Shown piece by piece: positions 48,843 to 57,597 of a DNA stretch of 64,000 nucleotides. The position numbers and the translations under genes were made by a program. The number at the start of each line of letters is the position of its first letter. The stretch's first letter is position 1. Under the pieces are notes generated by a model, which saw only the letters and a list, made by a program, of their open reading frames with translations, was not told where the DNA came from and did no database searches. The stretch lies in assembly GCA_902515205.1 (NCBI GenBank), contig CABXTU010000002.1:1443-65442 (forward strand). Direction: 5' to 3'. The DNA comes from an uncultured Pelagibacteraceae bacterium (GTDB taxonomy: Bacteria; Pseudomonadota; Alphaproteobacteria; Pelagibacterales; Pelagibacteraceae).

Positions 48843-50147
48843 ATGTTTAACTTAAAAGAAATCATTTCATCAATTGCTGATGTTGGCCAAAAAATATTTA
48901 AAAAAAGCGTAGTTAAAAAAAATGATTTAGAGTCAATTATATCATTATGTGATGATTTAATATCAAATAAAGGAGCTGCCTTTGGAATAACAGTTGCTAG
49001 AGATATCACTGATCTATATCAAACATTAAACCCTGAAAACAAATTACTATTTTTTAAAAAAATAAATGAAAAATTTAGACCTAATCATTCTAAGGTAACA
49101 GAGGCTATCAATCTTTACAAATCAGAGCAAAATGACAAAAATCTTTTTAAATTATTTATTACATCTGAAGGTCAAAGAAGAGAATTATTTAGAAGAATGA
49201 ATATGTCGCCTAATGGGATATCAACAATTGTCTCTCTTAGAGAAGATCTTCTAAAAATACTAAATGAAAACCGCGATCTTAAACCATTAGATAATGATTT
49301 AAGAGAATTATTTAGATCTTGGTTTAACCCAGGATTTCTTAAACTTGCTAAAATTACATGGGATACTAAGGCTGCTGTCTTAGAAAAAATAATTCAATAT
49401 GAAAGAGTTCATAAAATAAAAGATATGAATGAATTAAAAAGCAGACTTGGAGAGGATAGAAGATTCTTTTCTTATTTTCATCCAGCACTTGAAGATGAAC
49501 CGATAATATTTGTTCAAGTAGCACTTACTAATGGTTTAGGAAAATCTATTCAAGAAATAATGAAACCAAGTGCCGAAGGTGCAAAAAAATATGATACAGC
49601 AACTTTTTATTCTATAAGTAACTGTCAAGAGGGTCTTTCCAGAGTTACTTTAGGAAATTTTTTAATTAAAAGAGTAGTTTATGAGATTCAGGAAGAATTA
49701 CCAAATATTAAAAATTTCGGTACTCTATCTCCAATTCCAGGATTTAGAGATTGGTTTGCAACTTTAGATGAAAAAATTATTCAAAATATTTTAGGAAAAA
49801 TACCTTACAATAATATTTCTTTTTTAAAATCTACGAGTTTAAAAATTGGGGATGGACGAATTGTATCAAATAAACATGCAATTATTAAATTAGTTGCTCA
49901 CTATTTAACGAAAGAAAGAAATAAAAAAGATCGTCCAATCAATGATGTTTGTAGGTTTCATTTAGGTAATGGGGCAATTATTGATGATATAAACATTAAT
50001 GCCAATGTTTCAGAAGTTGGATTTAAAAGATCTTTCGGTGTGATGGTAAATTATCTTTATGAACTTAAAAATATTGAAAAAAATCACGAAGATTACATAA
50101 ATAACAAAAAAATAATTATCTCAGATCAACTTAAGAAAAAATTATAA
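48843..50147 (+). CDS. Malonyl-CoA decarboxylase
   Basis: WFNPGFL, YERVH, FVQVAL, FYSISNCQEGL, LGNFLIK, TLSPIPG, RFHLGNGA, MVNYLY. Confidence 0.92.
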   Translation: MFNLKEIISSIADVGQKIFKKSVVKKNDLESIISLCDDLISNKGAAFGITVARDITDLYQTLNPENKLLFFKKINEKFRPNHSKVTEAINLYKSEQNDKNLFKLFITSEGQRRELFRRMNMSPNGISTIVSLREDLLKILNENRDLKPLDNDLRELFRSWFNPGFLKLAKITWDTKAAVLEKIIQYERVHKIKDMNELKSRLGEDRRFFSYFHPALEDEPIIFVQVALTNGLGKSIQEIMKPSAEGAKKYDTATFYSISNCQEGLSRVTLGNFLIKRVVYEIQEELPNIKNFGTLSPIPGFRDWFATLDEKIIQNILGKIPYNNISFLKSTSLKIGDGRIVSNKHAIIKLVAHYLTKERNKKDRPINDVCRFHLGNGAIIDDININANVSEVGFKRSFGVMVNYLYELKNIEKNHEDYINNKKIIISDQLKKKL

Positions 50148-50149
50148 AT

Positions 50150-50356
50150 TTATTCTTTATTTGTCCCCCATTTAATCATGTTCCACAATCTTTCATGAAA
50201 ATAATAAAAGAAAAGTGGGATTATTGATCCTAGTCCTAAAATTCCAGCAATCTTAAATGATCCTGTAAATACGTAGCCAAATATCATCCAGTAGATGAAT
50301 ATTAATAGTCTCCATGAAAAAGTTTTTGCTACTGATCTAATTTTTTTATCTGCCAT
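50150..50356 (-). CDS. DUF2061-family small membrane protein
   Basis: RSVAKTFSWR, YYFHERLW...KWG. Confidence 0.8.
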   Translation of the reverse strand: MADKKIRSVAKTFSWRLLIFIYWMIFGYVFTGSFKIAGILGLGSIIPLFFYYFHERLWNMIKWGTNKE

Positions 50357-50370
50357 TTAAACTATTTAAG

Positions 50371-50447
50371 AAAAAAAAAGGGGGGGGTGGTTTTAGTCTC
50401 CCTCAACCACCCTCATCAAATATATTATGTGATTCTCACAAATATAT
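50371..50447. ncRNA. Candidate structured RNA element (sRNA or attenuator/terminator)
   Basis: GC-rich hairpin GGGTGGTT/AACCACCC with loop TTAGTCTCCCTC, flanking A9, and second hairpin ATATATT.TGTGA-TTC-TCACA.AATATAT. Confidence 0.45.
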
Positions 50448-50576
50448 AAAACTCGTAATAGTTGAAAAAAATTAAATATTACAACAATAAATTTCTCGCT
50501 TTAATTGTAATCAATTTAAACAATTATTAAAATTTTTTATCCCAGACTATCTCAAATAAAAAAAAGGGATGAAATT

Positions 50577-51881
50577 TTATTCTATATATTTTTTATGCCA
50601 AATTAATATTGGAGATTCTTGAAATAATTTAAAACTTTCAAATCCAAAGATTTTTTTACTGGTATTATATGGTACTTTCCATAAGGGGTTCGTTGCCACA
50701 TCTCCTTTCATTAGAGTTTTTTGATTCCATCCAAAAGCAAAAATGATAAAAATGAAGATAGTAAATTTTTTTTTGTTTTTAAAAAATTTTAGTTTTTTGT
50801 TCATTCCTTCGTGGTCTAGAATTATGTAATCAAATTTATATAAGTAAAAATAAAATATGGTAGAAAATGTGATTAACATTCCAGTCCAACGCCCCCAATC
50901 TCCTCCAAAAATATAGAGAGGGATGATTGTTAAACTTAAAAAAAGTATTAATAGAAAAATATTTGATAAATGAAAATTTGAAAAAATATTTTCTTCCTTA
51001 ATTTTTGAATGTATTGAAAGAAAATATAAAGGAAAAAAACCAATTAAAATAATGATTAAATATCTAAATATCCAAGTCATTATTTCAATATTTGAATTAC
51101 CACCATAAATATATTTTATTAAATCTCCAAATTTACTGAGATCATTTTTATTTAATAAATTACAAGACATGTAACAAACTTCATTAAAATTATCTAAAAG
51201 ACTTTTTTCCATAAGTAGGTGACTATCTTCACCTAATGGCTTTATGAAAAAATAAGCTATAATTAGGATCGAAGGTAAAAATAAAAGACATATATTCAAA
51301 AAAGAATAAATATTTTTTATTTTTCTTTGAAAAACTATAATCGCAACTAAAAAAGGAAAAAAATGTATTATTTGTTCATAAATCAAACATATGATTGGAG
51401 TAATAAAAATAATATATAAATTAGAATATTTTTTATAATTGGAGTTTGTATTTGTTAAAAACAAAAAACTTAAGAAATAAATATATAAAAATACTTCTTT
51501 CCTACCCAATGCTTCAATTTCTGCAACAGGATATAGCAAAAAAATTGGAGTAAAAATAGCAAATAGAGTAATTACATTATGCTTAATTTTTTTGAAAAAT
51601 AAAAAGATTAAATATAGATAAAGTAAGTAAGCAGTTGTTTGAAATATAAAAATTACAGATCTCAAACTAATTTTGAAAAAGTCTGCTAAATGAAAACAAA
51701 TTTCACCAATAATACCTCTCCTTGTAAACCCACCTTGATAATTTATTAACCATTCAGATATCGATGTATCATTCCCTACAGTGTGTTTTGAATAAAGGAA
51801 AACAGTTGAAGTAAATGCAAGAAAAATCACATAAAATAGAAAATATCTATCAAATTTATCAAAATAGTTATTTTTCAACAT
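50577..51881 (-). CDS. Hypothetical multi-pass membrane protein (possible GT-C-like glycan modifier)
   Basis: About 10-11 TM segments, EWLINYQGGFTRRG, GRKE, DWGRW. Confidence 0.6.
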   Translation of the reverse strand: MLKNNYFDKFDRYFLFYVIFLAFTSTVFLYSKHTVGNDTSISEWLINYQGGFTRRGIIGEICFHLADFFKISLRSVIFIFQTTAYLLYLYLIFLFFKKIKHNVITLFAIFTPIFLLYPVAEIEALGRKEVFLYIYFLSFLFLTNTNSNYKKYSNLYIIFITPIICLIYEQIIHFFPFLVAIIVFQRKIKNIYSFLNICLLFLPSILIIAYFFIKPLGEDSHLLMEKSLLDNFNEVCYMSCNLLNKNDLSKFGDLIKYIYGGNSNIEIMTWIFRYLIIILIGFFPLYFLSIHSKIKEENIFSNFHLSNIFLLILFLSLTIIPLYIFGGDWGRWTGMLITFSTIFYFYLYKFDYIILDHEGMNKKLKFFKNKKKFTIFIFIIFAFGWNQKTLMKGDVATNPLWKVPYNTSKKIFGFESFKLFQESPILIWHKKYIE

Positions 51882-51895
51882 TTTAAGAATATAAA

Positions 51896-53359
51896 TTATA
51901 CATCTGGCATTTTCTGATCATAGTCACCAATCTTGCCAGTCCTTTTTAACAAGTTGTCAATAAATTCAAAAATTTTTTTCATTCTCAACTTAGAAGTTGA
52001 GCTTTCAGTTACCACTACTAGAGACGGTTTATTTGATGATGCTCTTATTAAGCCCCATGATCCATCTTCAAACGAAAACCTTACCCCATTAACAGTTAAA
52101 ATTTCATTTATTTCTTGGTTGTCAATTTTTATTTTTTTATTTTTTGTTATCTCAATTTGTTTTACCATGTCCTCAACAACTTGATACTTCTCTTCATCTT
52201 TACAAAATGGAGCCATAGTAGGAGACTGAAATGTATTAGGAATTTCATTCATTATTTCACTCATTTTTTTATCCTTGTTATTTAATAAATGACAAACTTG
52301 AATAGCAGAATTAATACCATCGTCATAACCGTATCCTAAAGGCTCATTAAAGAAAAAATGACCACTTTTCTCAAAACCTGCTAAGGCTTTTTCTTCATTA
52401 ACCTTTCTTTTAATATGTGAATGACCAGTTTTCCAATAAATTGTTTTACAAAGATTTTCTCTTAAAATTTCATCACTTTTAAAAAGTCCTGTCGATTTTA
52501 CATCAACTATAAATTTAGAATTATTATGAGAGAATGATAAATTTCGAGCAATTAATAAACCAATTTTATCAGAAAATATTTCATTACCATCATTGTCAAT
52601 AACTCCAACTCTATCTCCATCACCGTCAAATCCAAAGCCTACGTCTGCATCATTTTCTTTCACTACTTTAGCAATTTCATGAAGCATTTTTAAATCTTCA
52701 GGATTTGGATTATATTTGGGGAATGTCCAATCAAGTTTGCAGTCTAATTCGATTACGGTACAGCCAATACCTCGTAAAATATCTGGTGCAAAAATTCCAG
52801 CAGTTCCATTACCACAAGCTACAACAGCTTTTATTTTTTTATTAATTTTATTTTTATCTATTAGGTTTTTTTTATATATTTCTTGGAAATTTTTAATTTC
52901 TTTTTCTTTTCCCTCACCGACTATAAACTTTTTATTTAAAGTTATATCTTTTAATTCTTTCATTTCTTCAGGCGCGTGAGTTAATCCTTTTTTGATCCCC
53001 ATTTTAACTCCAGTCCATCCATTTTCATTATGACTAGCCGTAACCATTGCTACTGCATCAGCATCTAAATTAAATTGTGCAAAATAAACCATAGGAGAAA
53101 GAGATAATCCTATGTCTTCAACAATACATCCTGTTGAAATTAAACCTTTTTTTAAAGCACTCTTAATGTCTTCACTATAGGATCTATAATCATGTCCAAT
53201 AATTATTCTTGGATTTTTTTTTTTGGTATGTTTTATGATTTGTGTTCCTAAGCCTTTACCTAGATTTGTGATTCCAAGTATGTTGATGTCCTTTTCATAG
53301 ACCCACCGTGCGTCATACTCTCGAAATCCAAATGGATCTATTTTTAATGATTGATTCAT
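51896..53359 (-). CDS. Phosphomannomutase/phosphoglucomutase
   Basis: FREYD, VTASHN (phospho-Ser), FDGDGDR, FEKSGH, RASSN. Confidence 0.93.
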   Translation of the reverse strand: MNQSLKIDPFGFREYDARWVYEKDINILGITNLGKGLGTQIIKHTKKKNPRIIIGHDYRSYSEDIKSALKKGLISTGCIVEDIGLSLSPMVYFAQFNLDADAVAMVTASHNENGWTGVKMGIKKGLTHAPEEMKELKDITLNKKFIVGEGKEKEIKNFQEIYKKNLIDKNKINKKIKAVVACGNGTAGIFAPDILRGIGCTVIELDCKLDWTFPKYNPNPEDLKMLHEIAKVVKENDADVGFGFDGDGDRVGVIDNDGNEIFSDKIGLLIARNLSFSHNNSKFIVDVKSTGLFKSDEILRENLCKTIYWKTGHSHIKRKVNEEKALAGFEKSGHFFFNEPLGYGYDDGINSAIQVCHLLNNKDKKMSEIMNEIPNTFQSPTMAPFCKDEEKYQVVEDMVKQIEITKNKKIKIDNQEINEILTVNGVRFSFEDGSWGLIRASSNKPSLVVVTESSTSKLRMKKIFEFIDNLLKRTGKIGDYDQKMPDV

Positions 53360-53412
53360 GCTGTTAACTACTTACCTTTTTTTCTTTTTTATAGTTGAAT
53401 TATTTTTAAAAT

Positions 53413-53427
53413 GTTCTATAAATGTTC
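53413..53427. promoter_or_regulatory. Alphaproteobacterial LexA (SOS) box
   Basis: GTTC-TATAAAT-GTTC (GTTC-N7-GTTC), 2 bp upstream of a TTGATT -35-like hexamer. Confidence 0.65.
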
Positions 53428-53436
53428 TGTTGATTT

Positions 53437-53483
53437 ACTATTTATATAGTGTATTAATACTAAGCGCATACAACATGTAGTTG
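53437..53483. promoter_or_regulatory. Tandem NrdR boxes
   Basis: ACTATTTATATAGTGT (53437-53452) and ATACAACATGTAGTTG (53468-53483), 31 bp apart, versus consensus acaCwAtATaTwGtgt, upstream of nrdA. Confidence 0.8.
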
Positions 53484-53518
53484 TTTTCGCTTAAATAACA
53501 AAATACAATAACTTAATT

Positions 53519-55459
53519 ATGAACAAAATTTTATCACTAGCATTAAAGAAAGCTGTCTCTGAATATAGCCCTGATGTTAAAGAGGTACCTAAAGATAGAA
53601 GGCCAGACCTTTTCTCTTTGAACAATGAAACAGAATTATTTCAAAATGATAAAGGAATTATTATTAAAATTGATCGTTCAAGAGATGCAAATTTAACTGA
53701 CTTTGGTAAAGCAACTTTAAAAGATAGATATCTTGGGCACAATGAATCTTTTCAAGATTTGTTTGCTAGAGTTGCCAGCTCATACGCTGATGATAATTTA
53801 CATGCTCAGAGAATTTATAACTACATTAGTAATTTATGGTTTATGCCTGCAACACCAGTTTTATCCAATGGTGGAACAAAAAGAGGTTTACCAATTTCCT
53901 GTTTTTTGAATGAAGCATCAGATAGCTTAGGTGGTATCCTAGACCTTTGGAGCGAAAATGTTTGGTTAGCGGCAAAAGGTGGAGGTATTGGAAGTTATTG
54001 GGGAAATTTAAGATCGATTGGAGAAAAAATTGGTAAAGTCGGAAAAACTTCTGGGATAATTCCTTTTATAAAAGTTATGGACTCCCTCACGATGGCAATT
54101 AGCCAAGGTTCATTAAGAAGAGGTTCTGCAGCTTGCTATCTTCCAGTTGATCATCCTGAAATAGAGGAGTTTATAGAAATGAGAAGGCCGACGGGCGGTG
54201 ATCCAAATAGAAAAGCATTGAATTTACATCATGGTGTTTTACTCTCTGACGCTTTTATGAGAGCAGTTGAAACAGATGAACAATGGGCATTGAAGAGTCC
54301 TGCTGATGGTACAGTTCAACAAACCGTTTCTGCAAGAAATTTATGGATTAGACTTTTAACTGCTAGAATTGAAACGGGTGAGCCTTATATTATTTATATT
54401 GATACTGTTAATAGGTTAATTCCTCAACATCACAAATTAGCAAATCTCACTGTTAAAACTTCAAACTTATGTAGTGAAATAACTTTGCCTACAGGAATTG
54501 ATAAGGATGGAAGAGATAGAACTGCTGTTTGTTGTTTATCATCTTTAAATTTAGAGAAGTATGACGAGTGGAAAGACGATCCAAATATGATTGGAGATGT
54601 TATGAGATTTTTAGATAATGTTTTGTCTGATTTTATAAAAAAAGCTCCAGATCAGTTTAAGGATGCAAAATATTCTGCTGATAGAGAAAGAAGCGTTGGA
54701 TTGGGAGTGATGGGCTTTCACTCTTTTTTACAAAAAAATAAAATTCCACTTGAGTCTGTGATGGCAAAATCATGGAACAAAAAAATATTTAAACAAATTG
54801 ATGAACAAGTTAATCAAGCTTCAAAAGATTTAGCTGAAGAGAGAGGTGCCTGTCCAGATGCGGCAGAATATGGTTTTCAAGAAAGATTCTCGAATAAAAC
54901 TGCAATTGCGCCAACTGCCTCTATTTCAATTATTTGTGGTGGAGCCTCTCCAGGTGTAGAGCCTATTGCAGCAAATAGCTATACTCACAAAACTTTATCA
55001 GGGTCATTTAATGTGAGAAATAGATATCTTGAAGAGATTTTAGAAGGGCATGGAAAAAATAATGATGAAACTTGGTCTACAATTACAACTAACCAGGGGT
55101 CAGTTTCACACTTGGACTTTTTAACTGATTTAGAAAAAGATGTTTTTAAGACAGCTTTTGAGTTAAATCAGAAATGGATTATTGAGTTAAGTGGAGATAG
55201 AACGCCATTTATTTCTCAAGCACAATCAGTTAATTTATTTTTACCAGCAGACGTTCATAAAAAAGAATTACATAGGATTCATTTTGATGCTTGGAAGAAA
55301 GGATTAAAGAGCCTTTATTACTGCAGATCAAAATCAATTCAAAGAGCTGAAAATATCAATGATGCAAAATCAACAGATATTACAGCCAATGTATATAAAT
55401 CTAAAAATAAACAATCAACCGAAGAACAAGAATACGAGGAGTGTCTATCATGTCAGTAA
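53519..55459 (+). CDS. nrdA: Class I ribonucleotide reductase alpha subunit, no ATP cone
   Basis: ATPVLSN, ISCF, SNLCSEI, VCCLSS, IAPTAS, SLYYCR, C-terminal CLSCQ. Confidence 0.95.
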   Translation: MNKILSLALKKAVSEYSPDVKEVPKDRRPDLFSLNNETELFQNDKGIIIKIDRSRDANLTDFGKATLKDRYLGHNESFQDLFARVASSYADDNLHAQRIYNYISNLWFMPATPVLSNGGTKRGLPISCFLNEASDSLGGILDLWSENVWLAAKGGGIGSYWGNLRSIGEKIGKVGKTSGIIPFIKVMDSLTMAISQGSLRRGSAACYLPVDHPEIEEFIEMRRPTGGDPNRKALNLHHGVLLSDAFMRAVETDEQWALKSPADGTVQQTVSARNLWIRLLTARIETGEPYIIYIDTVNRLIPQHHKLANLTVKTSNLCSEITLPTGIDKDGRDRTAVCCLSSLNLEKYDEWKDDPNMIGDVMRFLDNVLSDFIKKAPDQFKDAKYSADRERSVGLGVMGFHSFLQKNKIPLESVMAKSWNKKIFKQIDEQVNQASKDLAEERGACPDAAEYGFQERFSNKTAIAPTASISIICGGASPGVEPIAANSYTHKTLSGSFNVRNRYLEEILEGHGKNNDETWSTITTNQGSVSHLDFLTDLEKDVFKTAFELNQKWIIELSGDRTPFISQAQSVNLFLPADVHKKELHRIHFDAWKKGLKSLYYCRSKSIQRAENINDAKSTDITANVYKSKNKQSTEEQEYEECLSCQ

Positions 55460-56466
55460 AAGAAAAAATTAAAATGCCTAACAAGGAAATAGTTCAACCA
55501 CAAAAAATGGGGCTATTAGTAGAAAATCCAGTCTATAAACCTTTTAGATATCCATGGTGTTATGATGCATGGTTAACACAACAAAGAATTCATTGGTTAC
55601 CGGAAGAGGTGCCTTTAGGAGACGATGTTAGAGATTGGCAAAAGAATTTAACTCAATCAGAAAAAAATTTACTAACTCAAATATTCAGATTTTTTACTCA
55701 AGCAGATGTTGAGGTTAGTAACTGTTATTTAAGACATTATACAACTGTCTTTAAACCAACAGAAGTTTTAATGATGATGACAGCTTTCGCTTCAATGGAG
55801 ACGGTTCATATAGCAGCGTACTCTCATTTACTTGATACTATTGGAATGCCCGAGTCTGAATATTCTGCTTTCATGAAATATAAAGAAATGAAAGATAAAT
55901 ATGACTACATGCAAAATTTTGATATGAGTTCAAAAGAAGATATTGCTAAAACAGTTGCTGTTTTTAGTGCATTCACCGAAGGTCTTCAGCTTTTTGCAAG
56001 TTTTGCAATTCTGTTAAATTTTCCTAGACATAATAAAATGAAAGGTATGGGCCAAATAGTTACTTGGTCAGTAAGAGACGAAACTCTTCATTGCAACTCA
56101 ATGATAAGGATTTTTAAAGAATTTATAAATGAAAATCCAGAGATATGGAATGCAAAACTTAAAAAAGAACTTTATGAAGCTTGCAGAACTATCATTGAGC
56201 ATGAAGATGCTTTTATTGATCTAGCGTTCGAGATGGGTCCAATGGAAGGTTTAACTGCACAAGAAGTTAAAGACTACATTAGATTTATTGGAAATAGAAG
56301 ATTAACTCAATTAGGCTTAGAACCTATCTATGATGTCCAAAAAAATCCACTTGGATGGCTAGATACTATGTTGAATGCAGTTGAACATATGAACTTTTTT
56401 GAAGGGCGTGCAACAGAATATTCTAAGGCCTCAACACAAGGATCTTGGGTAGAAGCATTTAGTTAA
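55450..56466 (+). CDS. nrdB: Class Ia ribonucleotide reductase beta subunit
   Basis: QADVEV, ETVH.AAY (radical Tyr), EGLQLFASF, RDETLH, NFFE..ATEY; start uncertain (55450 or 55474). Confidence 0.95.
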   Translation: MSVKEKIKMPNKEIVQPQKMGLLVENPVYKPFRYPWCYDAWLTQQRIHWLPEEVPLGDDVRDWQKNLTQSEKNLLTQIFRFFTQADVEVSNCYLRHYTTVFKPTEVLMMMTAFASMETVHIAAYSHLLDTIGMPESEYSAFMKYKEMKDKYDYMQNFDMSSKEDIAKTVAVFSAFTEGLQLFASFAILLNFPRHNKMKGMGQIVTWSVRDETLHCNSMIRIFKEFINENPEIWNAKLKKELYEACRTIIEHEDAFIDLAFEMGPMEGLTAQEVKDYIRFIGNRRLTQLGLEPIYDVQKNPLGWLDTMLNAVEHMNFFEGRATEYSKASTQGSWVEAFS

Positions 56467-56498
56467 TAAAAACCACACGTGCGGAAGAAAGTAGTTAA

Positions 56499-57068
56499 GT
56501 GAGCATAAGTGAAGATTTTTATTTAAAAAGACGATCAGTTATGGCAAAAAAAATGTCACCTGAGCCAATTAAGGAAAGTCATTTAAATCAAATTATTCAA
56601 GCTGGTATTAGAGTGCCAGATCATGGCGCTTTAAACCCTTGGAAGTTAGTTATAATTCAAGGTGAACAACTAGCTAAAATTGATAAAGAGATAATTTTCA
56701 AAGAATATATTAAAAAAAATCCTAACTCAGATAAATACTTTCATGAGATTGAATCAAAAAGACTTCAAAGAGCAGGGGCTGTAATAGCAGTGTTATCAAC
56801 CCCAGTTGATCATCCAAGTATTCCACTGTGGGAAATGCAATTATCTTCAGGAGCAGTATGTATGAATTTATTATCTTGTGCTCAATCATTAGGATATGCA
56901 GTACAGTGGTTAACCGAATGGTATTCTTATAACGACACAATGTTAACTTATCTTGGTGGAAGAGTTGGAGTTGATAAAATATCTGGATTTATTTATATTG
57001 GACATAAGACAGAGGAACCTAAAGAAAGAAAAAGACCAAATCCTACAGATGTAATAAATTATTTATAA
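56499..57068 (+). CDS. Nitroreductase (YdjA-like)
   Basis: KRRS, RVPDHG.LNPW, WEMQLS, QWLTEW. Confidence 0.88.
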   Translation: MSISEDFYLKRRSVMAKKMSPEPIKESHLNQIIQAGIRVPDHGALNPWKLVIIQGEQLAKIDKEIIFKEYIKKNPNSDKYFHEIESKRLQRAGAVIAVLSTPVDHPSIPLWEMQLSSGAVCMNLLSCAQSLGYAVQWLTEWYSYNDTMLTYLGGRVGVDKISGFIYIGHKTEEPKERKRPNPTDVINYL

Positions 57069-57072
57069 TAAC

Positions 57073-57375
57073 ATGTATATAGCAATGAATAGATTCAAAA
57101 TAGTTCTTGGTAAAGAAAATGAATTTGAAAAAGTATGGAGAGAAAGAGACACACACTTAAGCGAAGTTCAAGGCTTTAAAGAATTTCATTTAGTAAAAGG
57201 TGAAAAAAATGAAGAATATTCGTTGTATGCTTCGCACTCAATTTGGAATTCTAAAGATGATTTTGTAAACTGGACTAAGTCTGAAGCATTTAGGTTAGCA
57301 CACAAAAATGCTGGACAACATAATGAATTATATTTAGATCATCCTAACTTTGAGGGTTTTGAAGTAGTACTATAA
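57073..57375 (+). CDS. IsdG/HmuQ-like ABM-fold putative heme-degrading monooxygenase
   Basis: MYIAMNRF, FEKVW, WTKSEAFRLAH, FEGFEV. Confidence 0.78.
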   Translation: MYIAMNRFKIVLGKENEFEKVWRERDTHLSEVQGFKEFHLVKGEKNEEYSLYASHSIWNSKDDFVNWTKSEAFRLAHKNAGQHNELYLDHPNFEGFEVVL

Positions 57376-57408
57376 ATATATTTTAAATTTTAACTATAGG
57401 AGTGTAAT

Positions 57409-57594
57409 ATGAAAATATTAAAAGAATTAGATGATGCAAAATTAGTTATTGTTGATTTAGAAGTAAGGTTAGGGGAGGAGGTAAGAAGTGCTCCCACTTT
57501 ATGTGCAAAGTATAAAGGAAAGATTATACCTCTTAATACTGCTCATGATGGAAGACCGATATTAATGAAAGAAGAAAATTCAATAGAAAAATAA
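57409..57594 (+). CDS. Small hypothetical protein (61 aa)
   Basis: SD TAGGAG upstream; fills the intergenic space exactly. Confidence 0.7.
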   Translation: MKILKELDDAKLVIVDLEVRLGEEVRSAPTLCAKYKGKIIPLNTAHDGRPILMKEENSIEK

Positions 57595-57597
57595 ATT

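Noticed and set aside
48102-49009. 208-aa and 68-aa minus-strand ORFs
   Set aside because: Antisense to tauE and mcd; stop-free frames are expected opposite hydrophobic codons
50371-50387. A9/G8 homopolymer as a phase-variation tract
   Set aside because: Intergenic and part of a paired stem; long A/T runs are ubiquitous here and no frameshifted gene was seen
50428-50440. TGTGA...TCACA as a CRP/FNR site
   Set aside because: The spacer is 3 nt rather than 6; better explained as a hairpin stem
55450-56466. Non-canonical RNR beta (class Ic Mn/Fe or metal-free Ie)
   Set aside because: Asp ligand, all Glu/His ligands and the radical Tyr are present; no nrdI nearby
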